Positions 1 through 9,875 of a stretch of 64,000 nucleotides of DNA are shown piece after piece. The notes below the pieces were generated by a model. That model was not told the DNA's origin and made no database searches. It saw only the letters and a list, made by a program, of their open reading frames with translations. Numbering within the stretch: the first letter of the stretch is position 1; the number at the start of each line of letters is the position of its first letter. Source of the DNA: an uncultured bacterium (lineage in GTDB: Bacteria; Verrucomicrobiota; Verrucomicrobiia; Verrucomicrobiales; DEV007); the NCBI GenBank assembly GCA_963977015.1, contig CAXBMO010000012.1, forward strand, positions 64,001-128,000. Reading direction: 5' to 3'. The translations under genes and the position numbers were made by a program.

Positions 1-630
1 TTCCGCAGAGATGTCATAGGGGACCGTGACCGCGTATTCTTCGGGCGGTTTGAGAAAGTGGACTGCGGCAAAAAACGCGGAAACGAAGAGCAAGGCACCG
101 AGTCGGCGGGTCTTGCGCAAACTGAGGCCGAGAAGGCAGCCCCGAAAGAAGAATTCCTCGGCAAAGGCGACCACCAGCGCCGTCAGCATCCATTGGTGAA
201 AGACCTTGAGGAGGTCCGGCGCATCGGTTTTAACCGAAAAGACATCAAAGCGCAGCAACGCCAACCCCACCACCAGCATCCACAGCGAGGCAATCGCGAA
301 CCCGAACCCGAAGTGCTTGAGCCGGTGTGGATTCTTTTTCAGCTGAAGCAGTTCTTTCGGTGAAATCTTCAACCACATGAACAGCGGAATCAGATAAACC
401 AGGGCGCTGAGTTGAATCGCGCGGTTCCAATAGCGGGGCAAACTCGCGCGCTTCAACTCGGAGTGCAGATCCACCTTCAGGACCGGAATCGGCTTTCCCT
501 CGAATCTCGCCTCCTCCACGGCTGTTTTTCCCCAGTCATAGAAAATCGGGGCGAGGTAGGATCCTGTCACGATGACGGCCGTCACATAGACAAGGACTTT
601 GAAGATGTCGCTTTGGAAGAGTTTGCTCAC
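1..630 (-). CDS. CPBP family (CAAX/Abi) intramembrane glutamic endopeptidase, 3' end runs off window
   Basis: Manual translation of the minus strand from GTG at 630: VSKLFQSDIFKVLVYVTAVIVTG...VVAFAEEFFFRGCLLG...SAFFAAVHF. Shows EExxxR and FxxxH motifs and several TM segments. Not in the ORF track because it has no stop in the window. Confidence 0.85.
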   Translation of the reverse strand, partial: MSKLFQSDIFKVLVYVTAVIVTGSYLAPIFYDWGKTAVEEARFEGKPIPVLKVDLHSELKRASLPRYWNRAIQLSALVYLIPLFMWLKISPKELLQLKKNPHRLKHFGFGFAIASLWMLVVGLALLRFDVFSVKTDAPDLLKVFHQWMLTALVVAFAEEFFFRGCLLGLSLRKTRRLGALLFVSAFFAAVHFLKPPEEYAVTVPYDISAE

Positions 631-679
631 GAACAACGAGCTTGTCGAACAAACGGTGAAGCGCGTCAAAGCGAAAAGT

Positions 680-842
680 GGAAGTTCTTCGTCAGGATTG
701 GCGCCCCTGTCGTCACCACAGGCGCGGCCGATTGCCGGGGCGGCCTCCTTCATGCCCGAGACCTCGAGGCTAACGAAGAACCTGGGTTTTTGATGGTCTC
801 GCCCGGCTCAACCGCCGGTTCATGCAATTCCCTCAGGATTCC
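680..842 (+). ncRNA. Candidate structured intergenic RNA or palindromic element (rod-like, 6S-like size)
   Basis: Ends pair (GGAA-G-UUCU 680-688 with AGGAUUCC 835-842; GGAUUG 695-700 with CAAUUC 825-830). Inner stems GCCGGG/CCCGGC and CGAGACC/GGUCUCG, plus a side hairpin at 701-725. G-U pairs favour the + strand. Family not established. Confidence 0.3.
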
Positions 843-852
843 GGACGATCAC

Positions 853-1650
853 TCACGCACCGTCCTGCGGCACCAGCGTCGTCAGCTCCTGCATGGTCGC
901 CGCGATATCGCCGCTTCGCATCAGCGTTTCACCGACCAGAATCGCGTCGGAGCCCCACTCGGCCACTTGCCGGGCATCCGCGCCGTTCTTGATCCCGCTT
1001 TCGCTCACCAAGACCATGTCCGGCGGCAATTCCTGGCTCAACAACTCCGTCGCGGCCAAATCCACCTGGAACGTCTTCAAATTGCGATTGTTCACCCCAA
1101 TGATGCGCGCCTCCGTCTCCAGCGCCCGCTCCATCTCCGGCAAATCATGCACCTCCATCAGCACGTCCAAATGGTGCGTGTGCGCGCAATCCAGCAGTTC
1201 CACCAGGCGGGATTGCTCCAAGGCCGCCACAATCAGCAGAACGGCATCGGCCCCGGCCACCACCGCCTCATAAATCTGGCATTCGTCGATGATGAAATCC
1301 TTCCGCAACACCGGAATCGACACCGCTTCGCGAATCTGGGTCAAATAGCTCAGGTGTCCCTGAAAATACTGTTCATCCGTCAGCACTGAAATCGCGCTCG
1401 CCCCTGCCGCCTCATACTCCGTCGCAATGTTCACCGGATCAAAATCTTCACAAATCACTCCGGCTGAGGGAGATGCCTTCTTCACTTCCGCGATCACGGA
1501 TAGTTCCTCGCGGTTGGTCGCCAAGGCATCAAACAACGACCGAAATTCATTTCGCTCCAGCGCAGCCAGCCGCAAATGCTCCGCTTTCGGCTTCAGGCGA
1601 TCCACCTCCTCGCGCTTCGTTTCCAGGATTTGCTTCAACTTATCGTTCAT
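853..1650 (-). CDS. trpC: Indole-3-glycerol phosphate synthase
   Basis: IAEVKKASPSAG, ISVLTD, LRKDFI, IGVNNRNL and SESGI motifs. Start placed at MNDKL (1650). Confidence 0.97.
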   Translation of the reverse strand: MNDKLKQILETKREEVDRLKPKAEHLRLAALERNEFRSLFDALATNREELSVIAEVKKASPSAGVICEDFDPVNIATEYEAAGASAISVLTDEQYFQGHLSYLTQIREAVSIPVLRKDFIIDECQIYEAVVAGADAVLLIVAALEQSRLVELLDCAHTHHLDVLMEVHDLPEMERALETEARIIGVNNRNLKTFQVDLAATELLSQELPPDMVLVSESGIKNGADARQVAEWGSDAILVGETLMRSGDIAATMQELTTLVPQDGA

Positions 1651-1699
1651 CGAGGTCCGCACTAAACGCCGAAATCTTGAAACTGAAACCACTTTCCAC

Positions 1700-1728
1700 T
1701 TGCAGAACGCGCTCCTCCGTCAGATAAT
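1700..1728 (+). promoter_or_regulatory. Sigma70-like promoter for tRNA-Gly
   Basis: TTGCAG-17 nt-GATAAT about 30 nt upstream of the tRNA. Confidence 0.55.
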
Positions 1729-1759
1729 CCCCGCCCGGCAAACGCCGGACTACCACAAA

Positions 1760-1831
1760 GCGGGTGTAGCTCAGTGGTAGAGCACTTCCTTGCCAAGGAA
1801 GATGTCGTGAGTTCGAATCTCATCACCCGCT
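1760..1831 (+). tRNA. tRNA-Gly (GCC)
   Basis: Acceptor stem GCGGGTG/CACCCGC, D arm AGCTCAGTGGTAGAGC, anticodon arm CTTCC-TTGCCAA-GGAAG, T loop GTTCGAATC. CCA not encoded. Confidence 0.97.
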
Positions 1832-2851
1832 CTTTTTTCTTCTCAGGCAGAGGCTACACCAAAGTTTGGGGTTGTTGTTTTTCATCCGCACTCCGCAATG
1901 ACTCGGAGGCGGCCCTGATCACGAACGAAGCCCAGTCGAGAACGGCTAACGGCTGCGTTTTTTGTCCGGGTTCTTGTTCCGATGGTTGTTCGACGACCTT
2001 CAACCGGTTTTCGAGGGGGCTAAGATTTGGCCACGCCAACTCAGTTTCCCGGTTTGCACCGGTATGTTGACATATTATCAACATGCTGGAGCGAATCGAA
2101 CTGTTTTTGAAGCCCAGGCGCTTGCCGGAAGTGGAGGCCTTGTCTTGATTTCGCGGAGTACGGCTCCGCGGCACCATGATCGACCGCAAACACCTCCTCA
2201 CCGACCTCCGCATCCCGTTGCTCTGAAGCTCCGGACCTAGGCAAACACCTTCGGGCGCAATATGTCGCGGCGAAAAAGGCCAAACGCACCGGTCACGCCC
2301 ACGAAACTTGGCGAGGGGACGCACTGACGCAGAACACGGTTAGAGGCAAGTCGCAGCCTTTTCTGAACACAGGAGGTGACACTAATCTTGTGTGTGTGAA
2401 ACGGACGTCCTGGAATGTCGTTCCCATTGGCCCAAGCTATTCGGAATCAGCTTCTCGAAAGTGACCTGCCACCACGATGAAATGAGGGCGGTCAGAAACA
2501 AGTGGTGGATTGAGACCCCGATTCCTAGAAAGTGGAATCGACTCCACTCGCCCCCCCAAATGCTGAAGATGGAGCGGTAGTATTGTGAAATTTTGCAGGC
2601 AGGTCTCTCAATCAGCTAATAGCCACTGCAATCGAAAGCGAGCCTGGAGTGTCTGCAGCAGGAGATGACTATGGGCTTCGATACTCGGGCAGCAAATCTA
2701 CCTCGGTGATTCGCGGACTGCTATGGTTCGTTGGAAGCTGATTAGGATGAGAGGGTCGAATTGGCCAGGAAATACGCCCCAGAACAATTCGCCCGGCTCA
2801 TGCAAACTATTTTTATATTGTATGATAATCAGTATAAATTAGAGTTCATCT

Positions 2852-3493
2852 ATGATTAAGAAAATCACCGATTCGGATTCAGCTCTCGAAGACTGGTTTT
2901 CGTTTCGAAACTTAGTTGGCACGATCCTCGCTGCTGCCTGTATTTTCGCTGGCTACGGTTGGCTCATGCACCGGTTCTTTGAAAATCCGGGTGCTGTGGG
3001 CGATGCTTTCGGTGCTTTGAATGCGTTCGTCGCGTTTCTGGCGTTTGCTGGCTTGGTCATTACCTTGACACTCCAGCGCCGCGATCTCCACCTTCAGAAA
3101 CAGAGCCTCGACGAACAAATCGCTGAGTCCCGAAAATCAGCTCAAGCACTTGAGAACCAAGTTCGCATCACTGCATTGTCCGCTCAGCTCAACAGTCTTC
3201 CTGAGTTGATCGCTGACAAGAATCGCGTGATCGGCACCATCTATTCGCACTTCCAGCTCAAATTCACTGACAAAAGTTCAAGAATCGGACGCCAACTAAA
3301 GAACGATTTCCCTGTTAATGTTACCTCCCGCCAAGTCAGAGAATTCAACACTCTCTTTACTGAGTTAGCCAAAACCCACACCGGACTTGAACACGATCTG
3401 GCTAAAGAGGCATCCGAAAACCTTGTGGCTTTGAAGAAGTTGAGAACTGAACTCAGCCTTCTTTACCAGCAAATAAAATTGCTTACCCAGTAA
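2852..3493 (+). CDS. Hypothetical membrane protein (2 TM + coiled coil)
   Basis: 213 aa with lower GC than the flanks. GAVGDAFGALNAF...LQRRDL..Q motif; AT-rich upstream region. Confidence 0.75.
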   Translation: MIKKITDSDSALEDWFSFRNLVGTILAAACIFAGYGWLMHRFFENPGAVGDAFGALNAFVAFLAFAGLVITLTLQRRDLHLQKQSLDEQIAESRKSAQALENQVRITALSAQLNSLPELIADKNRVIGTIYSHFQLKFTDKSSRIGRQLKNDFPVNVTSRQVREFNTLFTELAKTHTGLEHDLAKEASENLVALKKLRTELSLLYQQIKLLTQ

Positions 3494-3536
3494 ACCATGG
3501 CCACAGAACTCCTCGCGACATTTTCTGGCCTCGTCA

Positions 3537-3932
3537 TCACCGACTCGGCGGTTCCGCTCTCTCCTGCTTTCCGAGCCCAACCAGACACGGAAACATTTTC
3601 GAGTGTTCTTCACCTCTATTCCCCACCACCCCATATTCCTTCTCCAGCCGCTTCACCTCCCGTTCAAACGCCTTGACCAGGTGGGCGTTCTTCCCGATCT
3701 CCTCGAGCTCCCGGTTCGCCGCGAACAGCAAGTCCTAGCGCCGTTTCACGCTTTCTGGAGCATCAAGCCACACCTTCACCAACTTTTCCTCCGTCTGGAG
3801 AAGCCGCGGCCGTCCTGTCGGCTTAGAACCTTTTACGGCCCCATTCTTTTCCGCAGCCGGCAGTTCGACGATTTGATCGCGCTTGTTACCGCTGGTCTTA
3901 GTGAGTTGATCGAGGTTTCCCGTCAGTTTCAT
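3537..3932 (-). pseudogene. Small ParA-partner-like (plasmid partition/DNA-binding) gene interrupted by an in-frame stop
   Basis: ORFs 3735-3932 and 3537-3731 are in the same frame, separated by TAG at 3735-3737. GRPR motif; lies directly downstream of the parA remnant. Confidence 0.5.
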
Positions 3933-3999
3933 GGCTTCTTTTAGGAGGTAGGTTGTTTGCTCAGCCCCAAGTGCTCGAAGATCGCCTCAGATTGCTCGA

Positions 4000-4500
4000 T
4001 CAGATCCCGCATCTGATAGGCTTGGAGCTTGCCTTCTGGGCTTTTTCGTGCACCGATTCAGGCACGTTGATCACTTCCTGGATGTAGGCGGATTTGCGGA
4101 TCAGAAAGAACGGGTAGTCCGGAAATTCGTCAGCGAAAACTGACCGCAATTCCGCGGTTCGTTCTGCCCCTTCCTCCATGTTCCCCACAATGACGATCTT
4201 GGAATTGTGCTTCTCCAACTGGCGGATGGCGCGTTTGGCCCGTTTCACCTCCTCGATACCGTAAATGCACGGAATCAAGACCCAGTCGGCTTTCTCGACC
4301 GCGTCGATCACGACCGGCTCGTCAATCCCTGCTTTCCAATCAAAGACCACTCCGACGTTCTTGGGAATTTCCGGCAGCTTGGCTTCATTGCGCGTTTTCC
4401 AGACGCGGTTTTCCGCAAAGAACTCATCGACCGAGCTGTCGATGTCGTTGGTGATGACTCACAGCCCGAACTGATACGCGAGCGCGTGCGAAAGAGTTGA
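4000..4500 (-). pseudogene. ParA/MinD-family ATPase remnant
   Basis: Frame reads STLSHALAYQFGL*VITNDID...VVFDWKAG...ADWVLIP...IVIVGN. It begins just after where the Walker A GK would be and has an in-frame TGA at 4459-4461. Confidence 0.65.
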
Positions 4501-4710
4501 TCGCTTCTTCGTGGCTCAATTTGGATTGGGCTGCGCGCCGTTTGGCTTCTTCCACAGTGCTTTTGGCTTCGTCCCATTCGGCTTCGCCAGAGCGGTGCTT
4601 TCGCCTTTCCTGTAATTCGACCTGTTCGCGCACGAAGCGCTGCAGAGCCGCTCCATTCTCGGGGAATCTCCGTCGCAGACGACCTCTCACGATTAGCTGT
4701 TTATCTGGGA

Positions 4711-4968
4711 GACGAAGCAACAAAGGGCTACTTGTCACCCATCGGAGCCGGAACCTCTGACACCACCACATCCGTGTCCGGAGCTTCACCGGAATAAAAC
4801 GAGACGTAGTGGATATCCCCGATCACGGTGGCGTTGGCGTTGCCTGAATCCCATGCGATCGGACTGCCGATGGCGATGGCTTCGGATGCGGGCCAGCGGA
4901 GCGGGTGCTCGAAGGTGTCCTCCGGATCGGCGACCCGGCGGCGGAGGATTCCCCGGCCGCGCTCATAG
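4711..4968 (-). repeat. Orphan second copy of the 3' end of the BNR/sialidase-like gene (partner 5763-6021)
   Basis: 79-aa C-terminal segment with 64/79 identity by manual alignment. Offset 1053 nt; similarity extends about 20 nt past the stop codon. Confidence 0.9.
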
Positions 4969-5084
4969 AATTGGGGTAACCGGACAGAGCCAGATATTGC
5001 GCCGCAACACGGGCCGGGTTGGTAGCGTTCGCCAGGCAAGAGAGCAGTGATGCTTGCCAAGCTTTCATTTTCCGGCAATTCGGG

Positions 5085-5107
5085 TATGATCAGGGAAACT
5101 AAGTTTC
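5085..5107 (+). promoter_or_regulatory. -10 box and palindromic operator of TA operon
   Basis: TATGAT (5085-5090) followed by the inverted repeat GAAACT-A-AGTTTC (5095-5107) just before the antitoxin ATG. Confidence 0.45.
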
Positions 5108-5113
5108 GAAATC

Positions 5114-5350
5114 ATGAGCACCTCTGCTGCCCAAATCCTCGATCAGGCCATGGCTCTGCCGGAAGAAGACCGCGAACAGATCGGTCTGACTCTGTTGCAG
5201 TCCACGTCTTCTCACGATCTCAGCCGTTCTGAACGCGACGCCATCAACGCAGTTCTGATCGACCGTGTGGACGGCCCGTTCAAGCCGATCTCGGAAACCT
5301 GGGCCGAGGACGCCAAGGCTCGATTGCGAAAACACCAGAGCAATGGCTAA
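5114..5350 (+). CDS. Putative addiction module antitoxin (TIGR02574-like)
   Basis: 78 aa, ILDQAMALPEEDREQIGLTLLQS pattern. Stop overlaps the toxin start. Confidence 0.75.
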   Translation: MSTSAAQILDQAMALPEEDREQIGLTLLQSTSSHDLSRSERDAINAVLIDRVDGPFKPISETWAEDAKARLRKHQSNG

Positions 5351-5631
5351 TCTGCCATCCCGGCACGATGCTGTTGACTCCGATGTCGACGCCATTGCTC
5401 GCTTCATTTCCGGTCAAGGCTATCCCGAAGCCGCCGAGCGTCTATGAATCGGGGATTGCGCAGCTCGACGAACTTCCGATTCGCTCCCACACCGTTCCCT
5501 TCCCCGACCGGCCGAGCCGCCGGCCTTACAGTGTTTTTTACCGGGCCGATGGCGGACAAGTCCGTATCCTTTACGTCTACCGCACCTCTCGCAATGTTCC
5601 CGAACTAATGACTGAAGACGTGCGCACTTAG
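5343..5631 (+). pseudogene. RelE/ParE-family toxin, frameshifted
   Basis: MANLPSRHDAVDSDVDAIARFISGQGYPEAAERL* (to 5447) continues in another frame as YESGIAQL...PYSVFYRADGGQVRILYVYRTSRN, a typical ParE C-terminus. Confidence 0.7.
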
Positions 5632-5780
5632 AGCGGACTGCTTCAGACGGGCAATTTTCCTATCCCGTCTCCAGACCACCTTGTTTCTGCAACTGCTTCC
5701 CCGCCTTCAATTCGCGCATCATTTGGCCCGGTAAGAATCTCAGGATGCTCCACGATGAGCCGACGCATGGCAACGAAAGG

Positions 5781-7322
5781 CTACTGCCCCGCTTCCGGCG
5801 CCAGAACCTCCGAAACCACGACAGCCGTATCCGGAGCCTTACCGGAATAAAACGAGACGTAGTGGGTGTCCCCAATCACAGTCGCGTTTGCGTTGCCTGA
5901 ATCCAAGGCGATCGGGCTGCCGATGGCGACGGCTTCGGAGGAGGGCCAACGACGCGGATGCTCGAAGATGTCCTTCGGATCGACGACGCGACGGCGGAGG
6001 ATTCCCCGGCCACGTTCATAGTAATAGTTGCTCAGCAATCCGGTTTCGGAATCGAGGATCAGGCTTGGCGTGGAGGCGTTGATATCGCCGATGTTGGTTC
6101 GTTCCCGCGTCCAGGTTTGGCCGGAGTCCGTGGAGATCATCTGGAATTGGGTGGATCCGCCGCTTTCCGTCCGTCCGATGGCGAGAATGCGGCCGTCGCC
6201 GAGATAGACCGCGGCGGGCTCGGTTGGCCAGTCCGGCTTGGTCAACTCGGACTCGATCGTTTTCTGGGTCCAGGTGGTGCCGTCATCGCGACTCGTCATC
6301 ACGCCCCACGAGTGAACGGCTTCCTCGCTGTAGTTTCCGGCGAACCAGAGCGCCATGAGCCCGACCTCGGGAACGGCAAAGGCGTCGGTGATCTGCATGG
6401 GCTGCACTTCCAGTTCAGGTGTCGCCACGAGTTCGAACTTCACTCCGTCCGTGGTGCGGTAGAGATCGTGGTGCTTTCCCTTTCCCCACCGGCGCACCCA
6501 GAGGAGCATCGCGCCCTTGGAGTCGAGTCCCTTTCCGACCGTGACCTCACCATAACCCGGCGTGTCGGCAATCACCGTTTCGGGGGTCCATGTTTTTCCA
6601 CCGTCGGTGGAGGTGCGCGCGTAAACTGCGCGGGCGTCTTCGCCGATCGTGTGGGCTGAGCCGCGGCTGTAGGCGCAGACCAGTGTTTCGCCGATTGCCT
6701 GGATCATCGGCCACGAGTTGTAGCCGCTCACGTCCTGGACGATCTGCGGTTCGGGAGGGGCGTTCAAGGGCGTTACCTTGACCACGGCCAGGCCGGTGGG
6801 ACGGGTGAAGGTATCGGCAGGAAGACCCGGCTCGCGCTGAATCCGCACCCACAGCGGCGCGTCCGGCACCACCTCGTAGTAGGATTCCAACTCGATGGTC
6901 CGGGAGTGAAGCGGTCCGGTGGGAAGCGGGGTTCGGACGGGCTTGCCAAGCGCGTAGCGCTCCGTGAACGGGGCATCGTCCACCAATTGGGACAGGTGAA
7001 CCCGGTAGACATCCTCGAATTCAGGGCTGGTCGTCTGGTCCGTCGTCGTGACCACGATCTCGACCCTGACGGCGACACAATCACCGGGAAGGGCGCCCAC
7101 GACTCCGGCGACCGACTGACCCGGCGTGCCACCGGAAAGCGACCACACCGGAATGTGGGTCGAGCCCTGCGACATGTTGACCAGCGAGGGCTGGCCCGTT
7201 GCGATCGACAAATCGTGCGCGGTCAGGTAGAAGGGAGTTTGCAAGGAAGGGGCGCGATCGCCGGCATCGAGGCTCGTGACGAGGGCGACAAGCAGAGCAA
7301 TGGAAAAGAGGGGTTTTTGCAT
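5781..7322 (-). CDS. Secreted BNR/Asp-box repeat protein (exo-alpha-sialidase-like beta-propeller)
   Basis: Signal peptide MQKPLFSIALLVALVTSLDA. Asp-boxes STDGGKTW, SRDDGTTW and STDSGQTW. Confidence 0.85.
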   Translation of the reverse strand: MQKPLFSIALLVALVTSLDAGDRAPSLQTPFYLTAHDLSIATGQPSLVNMSQGSTHIPVWSLSGGTPGQSVAGVVGALPGDCVAVRVEIVVTTTDQTTSPEFEDVYRVHLSQLVDDAPFTERYALGKPVRTPLPTGPLHSRTIELESYYEVVPDAPLWVRIQREPGLPADTFTRPTGLAVVKVTPLNAPPEPQIVQDVSGYNSWPMIQAIGETLVCAYSRGSAHTIGEDARAVYARTSTDGGKTWTPETVIADTPGYGEVTVGKGLDSKGAMLLWVRRWGKGKHHDLYRTTDGVKFELVATPELEVQPMQITDAFAVPEVGLMALWFAGNYSEEAVHSWGVMTSRDDGTTWTQKTIESELTKPDWPTEPAAVYLGDGRILAIGRTESGGSTQFQMISTDSGQTWTRERTNIGDINASTPSLILDSETGLLSNYYYERGRGILRRRVVDPKDIFEHPRRWPSSEAVAIGSPIALDSGNANATVIGDTHYVSFYSGKAPDTAVVVSEVLAPEAGQ

Positions 7323-7411
7323 GGGCTGATTTCTGTTCAGCCAAGAGTGCTGCCTTGTCATCTATTCTTGTCAGTCTGAGCGGGGTTTGACTCGACTGGG
7401 AATTTGAACAC

Positions 7412-8341
7412 TCAATCCCTCAGATCAACGTCACGACAACGCGCTGCCAATGTCTCATAGATGCTTTCTACCTTGGTTACGGTCAGCTTCGGCGACTCAT
7501 CCGCGTTCACCGCTTGCTGAACGGCATCCGAGATCCCTTTGCCGCTCACGACTCTGGGTTGTCCCAACTTCTTTTCGACGACGTTCCAACCGGGGATGGC
7601 GACAACCTTCTTTACTGAAAGGTCAGCGTGGCACTCTTTCCGGAGAAAGGTTTGAACCCATTCTGCATTCTTCTGTACTTGCCAAAGCGTTTTGGTGTCG
7701 TTCTTAAACCGAGGCCAGGAGATGCGTTCTCCGTCGTAGAAGGCTTTGATCTCAATCCCTGGTTCGTATTCAGGTTTGCTCCGCATTTTCGTCTCGATCA
7801 CGGCAACGCCGGCTTCTCCAATCACAACATGATCGATGTTCGCTTTGAAACCTTCTCCTTCGATCGGTACATCGTGAAGAACATAGAATCCAGCTCGGAT
7901 GCATTTCCTTAGGTCTTCAGCGACGATGCACTCTCCAATCCAACCCAGAAGGAAGTTTACGCGGTCATCAAGGAGTTTCGCGACCTTTCGAATCACAACG
8001 AATGCGACGGCGAGACAGAGGGAAGCACCACTCGCGAGAAGGAACCAGGCATTGGATTCGGGAAACAGGTAAAGAATCGTCAGCGGTAAAATGGCGAGGA
8101 CAACCGTAATCATCGTGCCTCCCGCCGCTGTTTTGAGGATTGACTCCATGCACTTATCATAGTTTCGGCGAAGGGATTCACCGGGGCCGCGTAACGCCGT
8201 TTGCGTCTTGGGAGGTTGGAGGTTTTTGCCCTTTCTGCGTTTTTGGAAAAGAAAGAGAGGAACGAACAAATAAAGCCCGAAAAGGCTCAAAATGAATAAA
8301 GCCGTGATGATTGCTATATTTGGATCTGTGTTGCCTATCAT
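7412..8341 (-). CDS. Membrane-anchored NERD (nuclease-related domain) protein
   Basis: Three TM segments followed by GE..V...L...LHDV...NIDHVVIGEAGVAVIETK. Confidence 0.85.
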   Translation of the reverse strand: MIGNTDPNIAIITALFILSLFGLYLFVPLFLFQKRRKGKNLQPPKTQTALRGPGESLRRNYDKCMESILKTAAGGTMITVVLAILPLTILYLFPESNAWFLLASGASLCLAVAFVVIRKVAKLLDDRVNFLLGWIGECIVAEDLRKCIRAGFYVLHDVPIEGEGFKANIDHVVIGEAGVAVIETKMRSKPEYEPGIEIKAFYDGERISWPRFKNDTKTLWQVQKNAEWVQTFLRKECHADLSVKKVVAIPGWNVVEKKLGQPRVVSGKGISDAVQQAVNADESPKLTVTKVESIYETLAARCRDVDLRD

Positions 8342-8771
8342 CTTATTATTGAATGAACCGCTACAACGAACGCGGATAATCCGTGTAGAATGGTCTTATG
8401 ACCGATTCATTTGTCTCATTCCCTTAGCAGATAGCACCGCAGTCCGGGGCTGAACTGAAGAGGTGGAGCTTGTAACAAACTCGCAACTCTGGTCGCTCAG
8501 GGGGGAGGAGGAGGTCTTTTTGAGGGAACGGGATAGGGGCTGGTATTGGATGAACAAGGGTTGGAGTTGATTGAAGGAGGCCTCAACCGTGCATTCATCT
8601 GCCTATGGGTCGTTAGGTTGCTGCGATTGCTTGCCAAGCCAAAAGGCATGTTCCCGCGTATTCCGTCAATGCGAAATCCTGACAAAGTTCTAGAAAGGAG
8701 AGGCCCAGGAAGGAAGGTAGTTTGGGGCAAGGTTCCCAAGTAGGCGTTTGATTCGTGTGTGAATAAACGTG

Positions 8772-8990
8772 GTGGGCAAAGTGGGGCTGAAAGTCCCAAA
8801 GTACAAAGCCCACGGCGTTCACGCCTGGGGAGGCGTCGACCGAGAAAATGCAGCCTGACAGGTCGCGAGCGAAAGAGAATTCATGAGATTGCTGGCGACC
8901 TTGCAGTCCGCGTTTGTTGATGCGATCCATACCCGGGCGTGAACGCCCGAGCTTTGCGCTGTAGGGCCTTCAGCCCATTGGCGTTGCCAC
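8772..8990. repeat. REPIN-like long imperfect inverted repeat
   Basis: Left arm GGGCTGAAAGTCCCAAAGTACAAAGCCCACGGCGTTCACGCCTGGG mirrors right arm CCCGGGCGTGAACGCCCGAGCTTTGCGCTGTAGGGCCTTCAGCCC. Each arm holds a GGCG-x-CGCC hairpin. Confidence 0.75.
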
Positions 8991-9113
8991 TATTTTCATT
9001 GGCACTCTTTTCTCCAAGGAGATTGCGTCAGCTGCAAAACCGCTCCGCTCCAGTTGGCTGATTCAACGAAGAATGCAGTTGTGAAGGTACCGAATCACCG
9101 CATATCTGGTGGC

Positions 9114-9875
9114 ATGAGATTAAACGGTAAAATCGCGATCGTCACCGGCGCCGGATCGGGAATCGGAAATGCGACGGTTCGGAAGTTTTTGGCGGAGGGA
9201 GCGGAGGTTTTGGCGACGGACGTCAATGAGACTGCCCTGGAGTCGCTGGTTCAGGAGTTCCACTCCATCGAGAAGCGGACTGGCGATGTGAGCAAGCCGG
9301 AAGAGGTTGAAGCGATCGTCTCGGCAGCCACGAAGAAATGGGGACGGTTGGATATCCTCGTGAATTCGGCCGGGATCACGGCCCGCAATGTGGGAGCGGA
9401 CGCGAGCCTGGCGGAACGCTGGGACAAGGTCATGGAGGTGAACGTGAAAGGTTCCATGCTCATGGCCCACGCGGCGGCTCCGGCGATGAGGGAAGCGGGC
9501 GGCGGCGCGATCGTCAACCTGAGTTCGGTGATGGGGTTCACCGGTTATCCGACGGCGCTGGCATTTTCCGACGGTTTCAATCCTTACCCGAGCAGCAAGG
9601 GTGCGGTCAGCCAACTGACCCGCGACATGGGCGTTCGCCTTGCGGGGGAGGGGATTCGTGTCAACGCGGTGGCACCTGGTTTTGTTCACACCTCGCTTAC
9701 GGCGAATGTTACCCAGAATCCGGAGATTCTGGAGACGCTCAACGGTCTTCACCCTGCCGGTCGTATGGGAACCGCGGAAGAAGTGGCCAACGTCATCGCG
9801 TTTCTGGCGTCGGATGAGGCTTCGTTCGTGAATGGCGCGGTCTGGTTGGTCGATGGCGGCTACTCGGCGCAGTAG
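9114..9875 (+). CDS. SDR family NAD(P)-dependent oxidoreductase
   Basis: TGAGSGIG, NSAG, YPSSK (YxxxK) and IRVNAVAPG motifs. Confidence 0.95.
   Translation: MRLNGKIAIVTGAGSGIGNATVRKFLAEGAEVLATDVNETALESLVQEFHSIEKRTGDVSKPEEVEAIVSAATKKWGRLDILVNSAGITARNVGADASLAERWDKVMEVNVKGSMLMAHAAAPAMREAGGGAIVNLSSVMGFTGYPTALAFSDGFNPYPSSKGAVSQLTRDMGVRLAGEGIRVNAVAPGFVHTSLTANVTQNPEILETLNGLHPAGRMGTAEEVANVIAFLASDEASFVNGAVWLVDGGYSAQ

Noticed and set aside
412-1389. 325-aa + strand ORF
   Set aside because: Antisense to trpC and the CPBP gene.
853-1650. Functional link between trpC and the Trp-halogenase homolog
   Set aside because: They are 48 kb apart with unrelated genes between; trpC sits in housekeeping context.
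1854-2580. Short ORFs after the tRNA as an integrase
   Set aside because: No tyrosine or serine recombinase motifs recognised in the translated frames.
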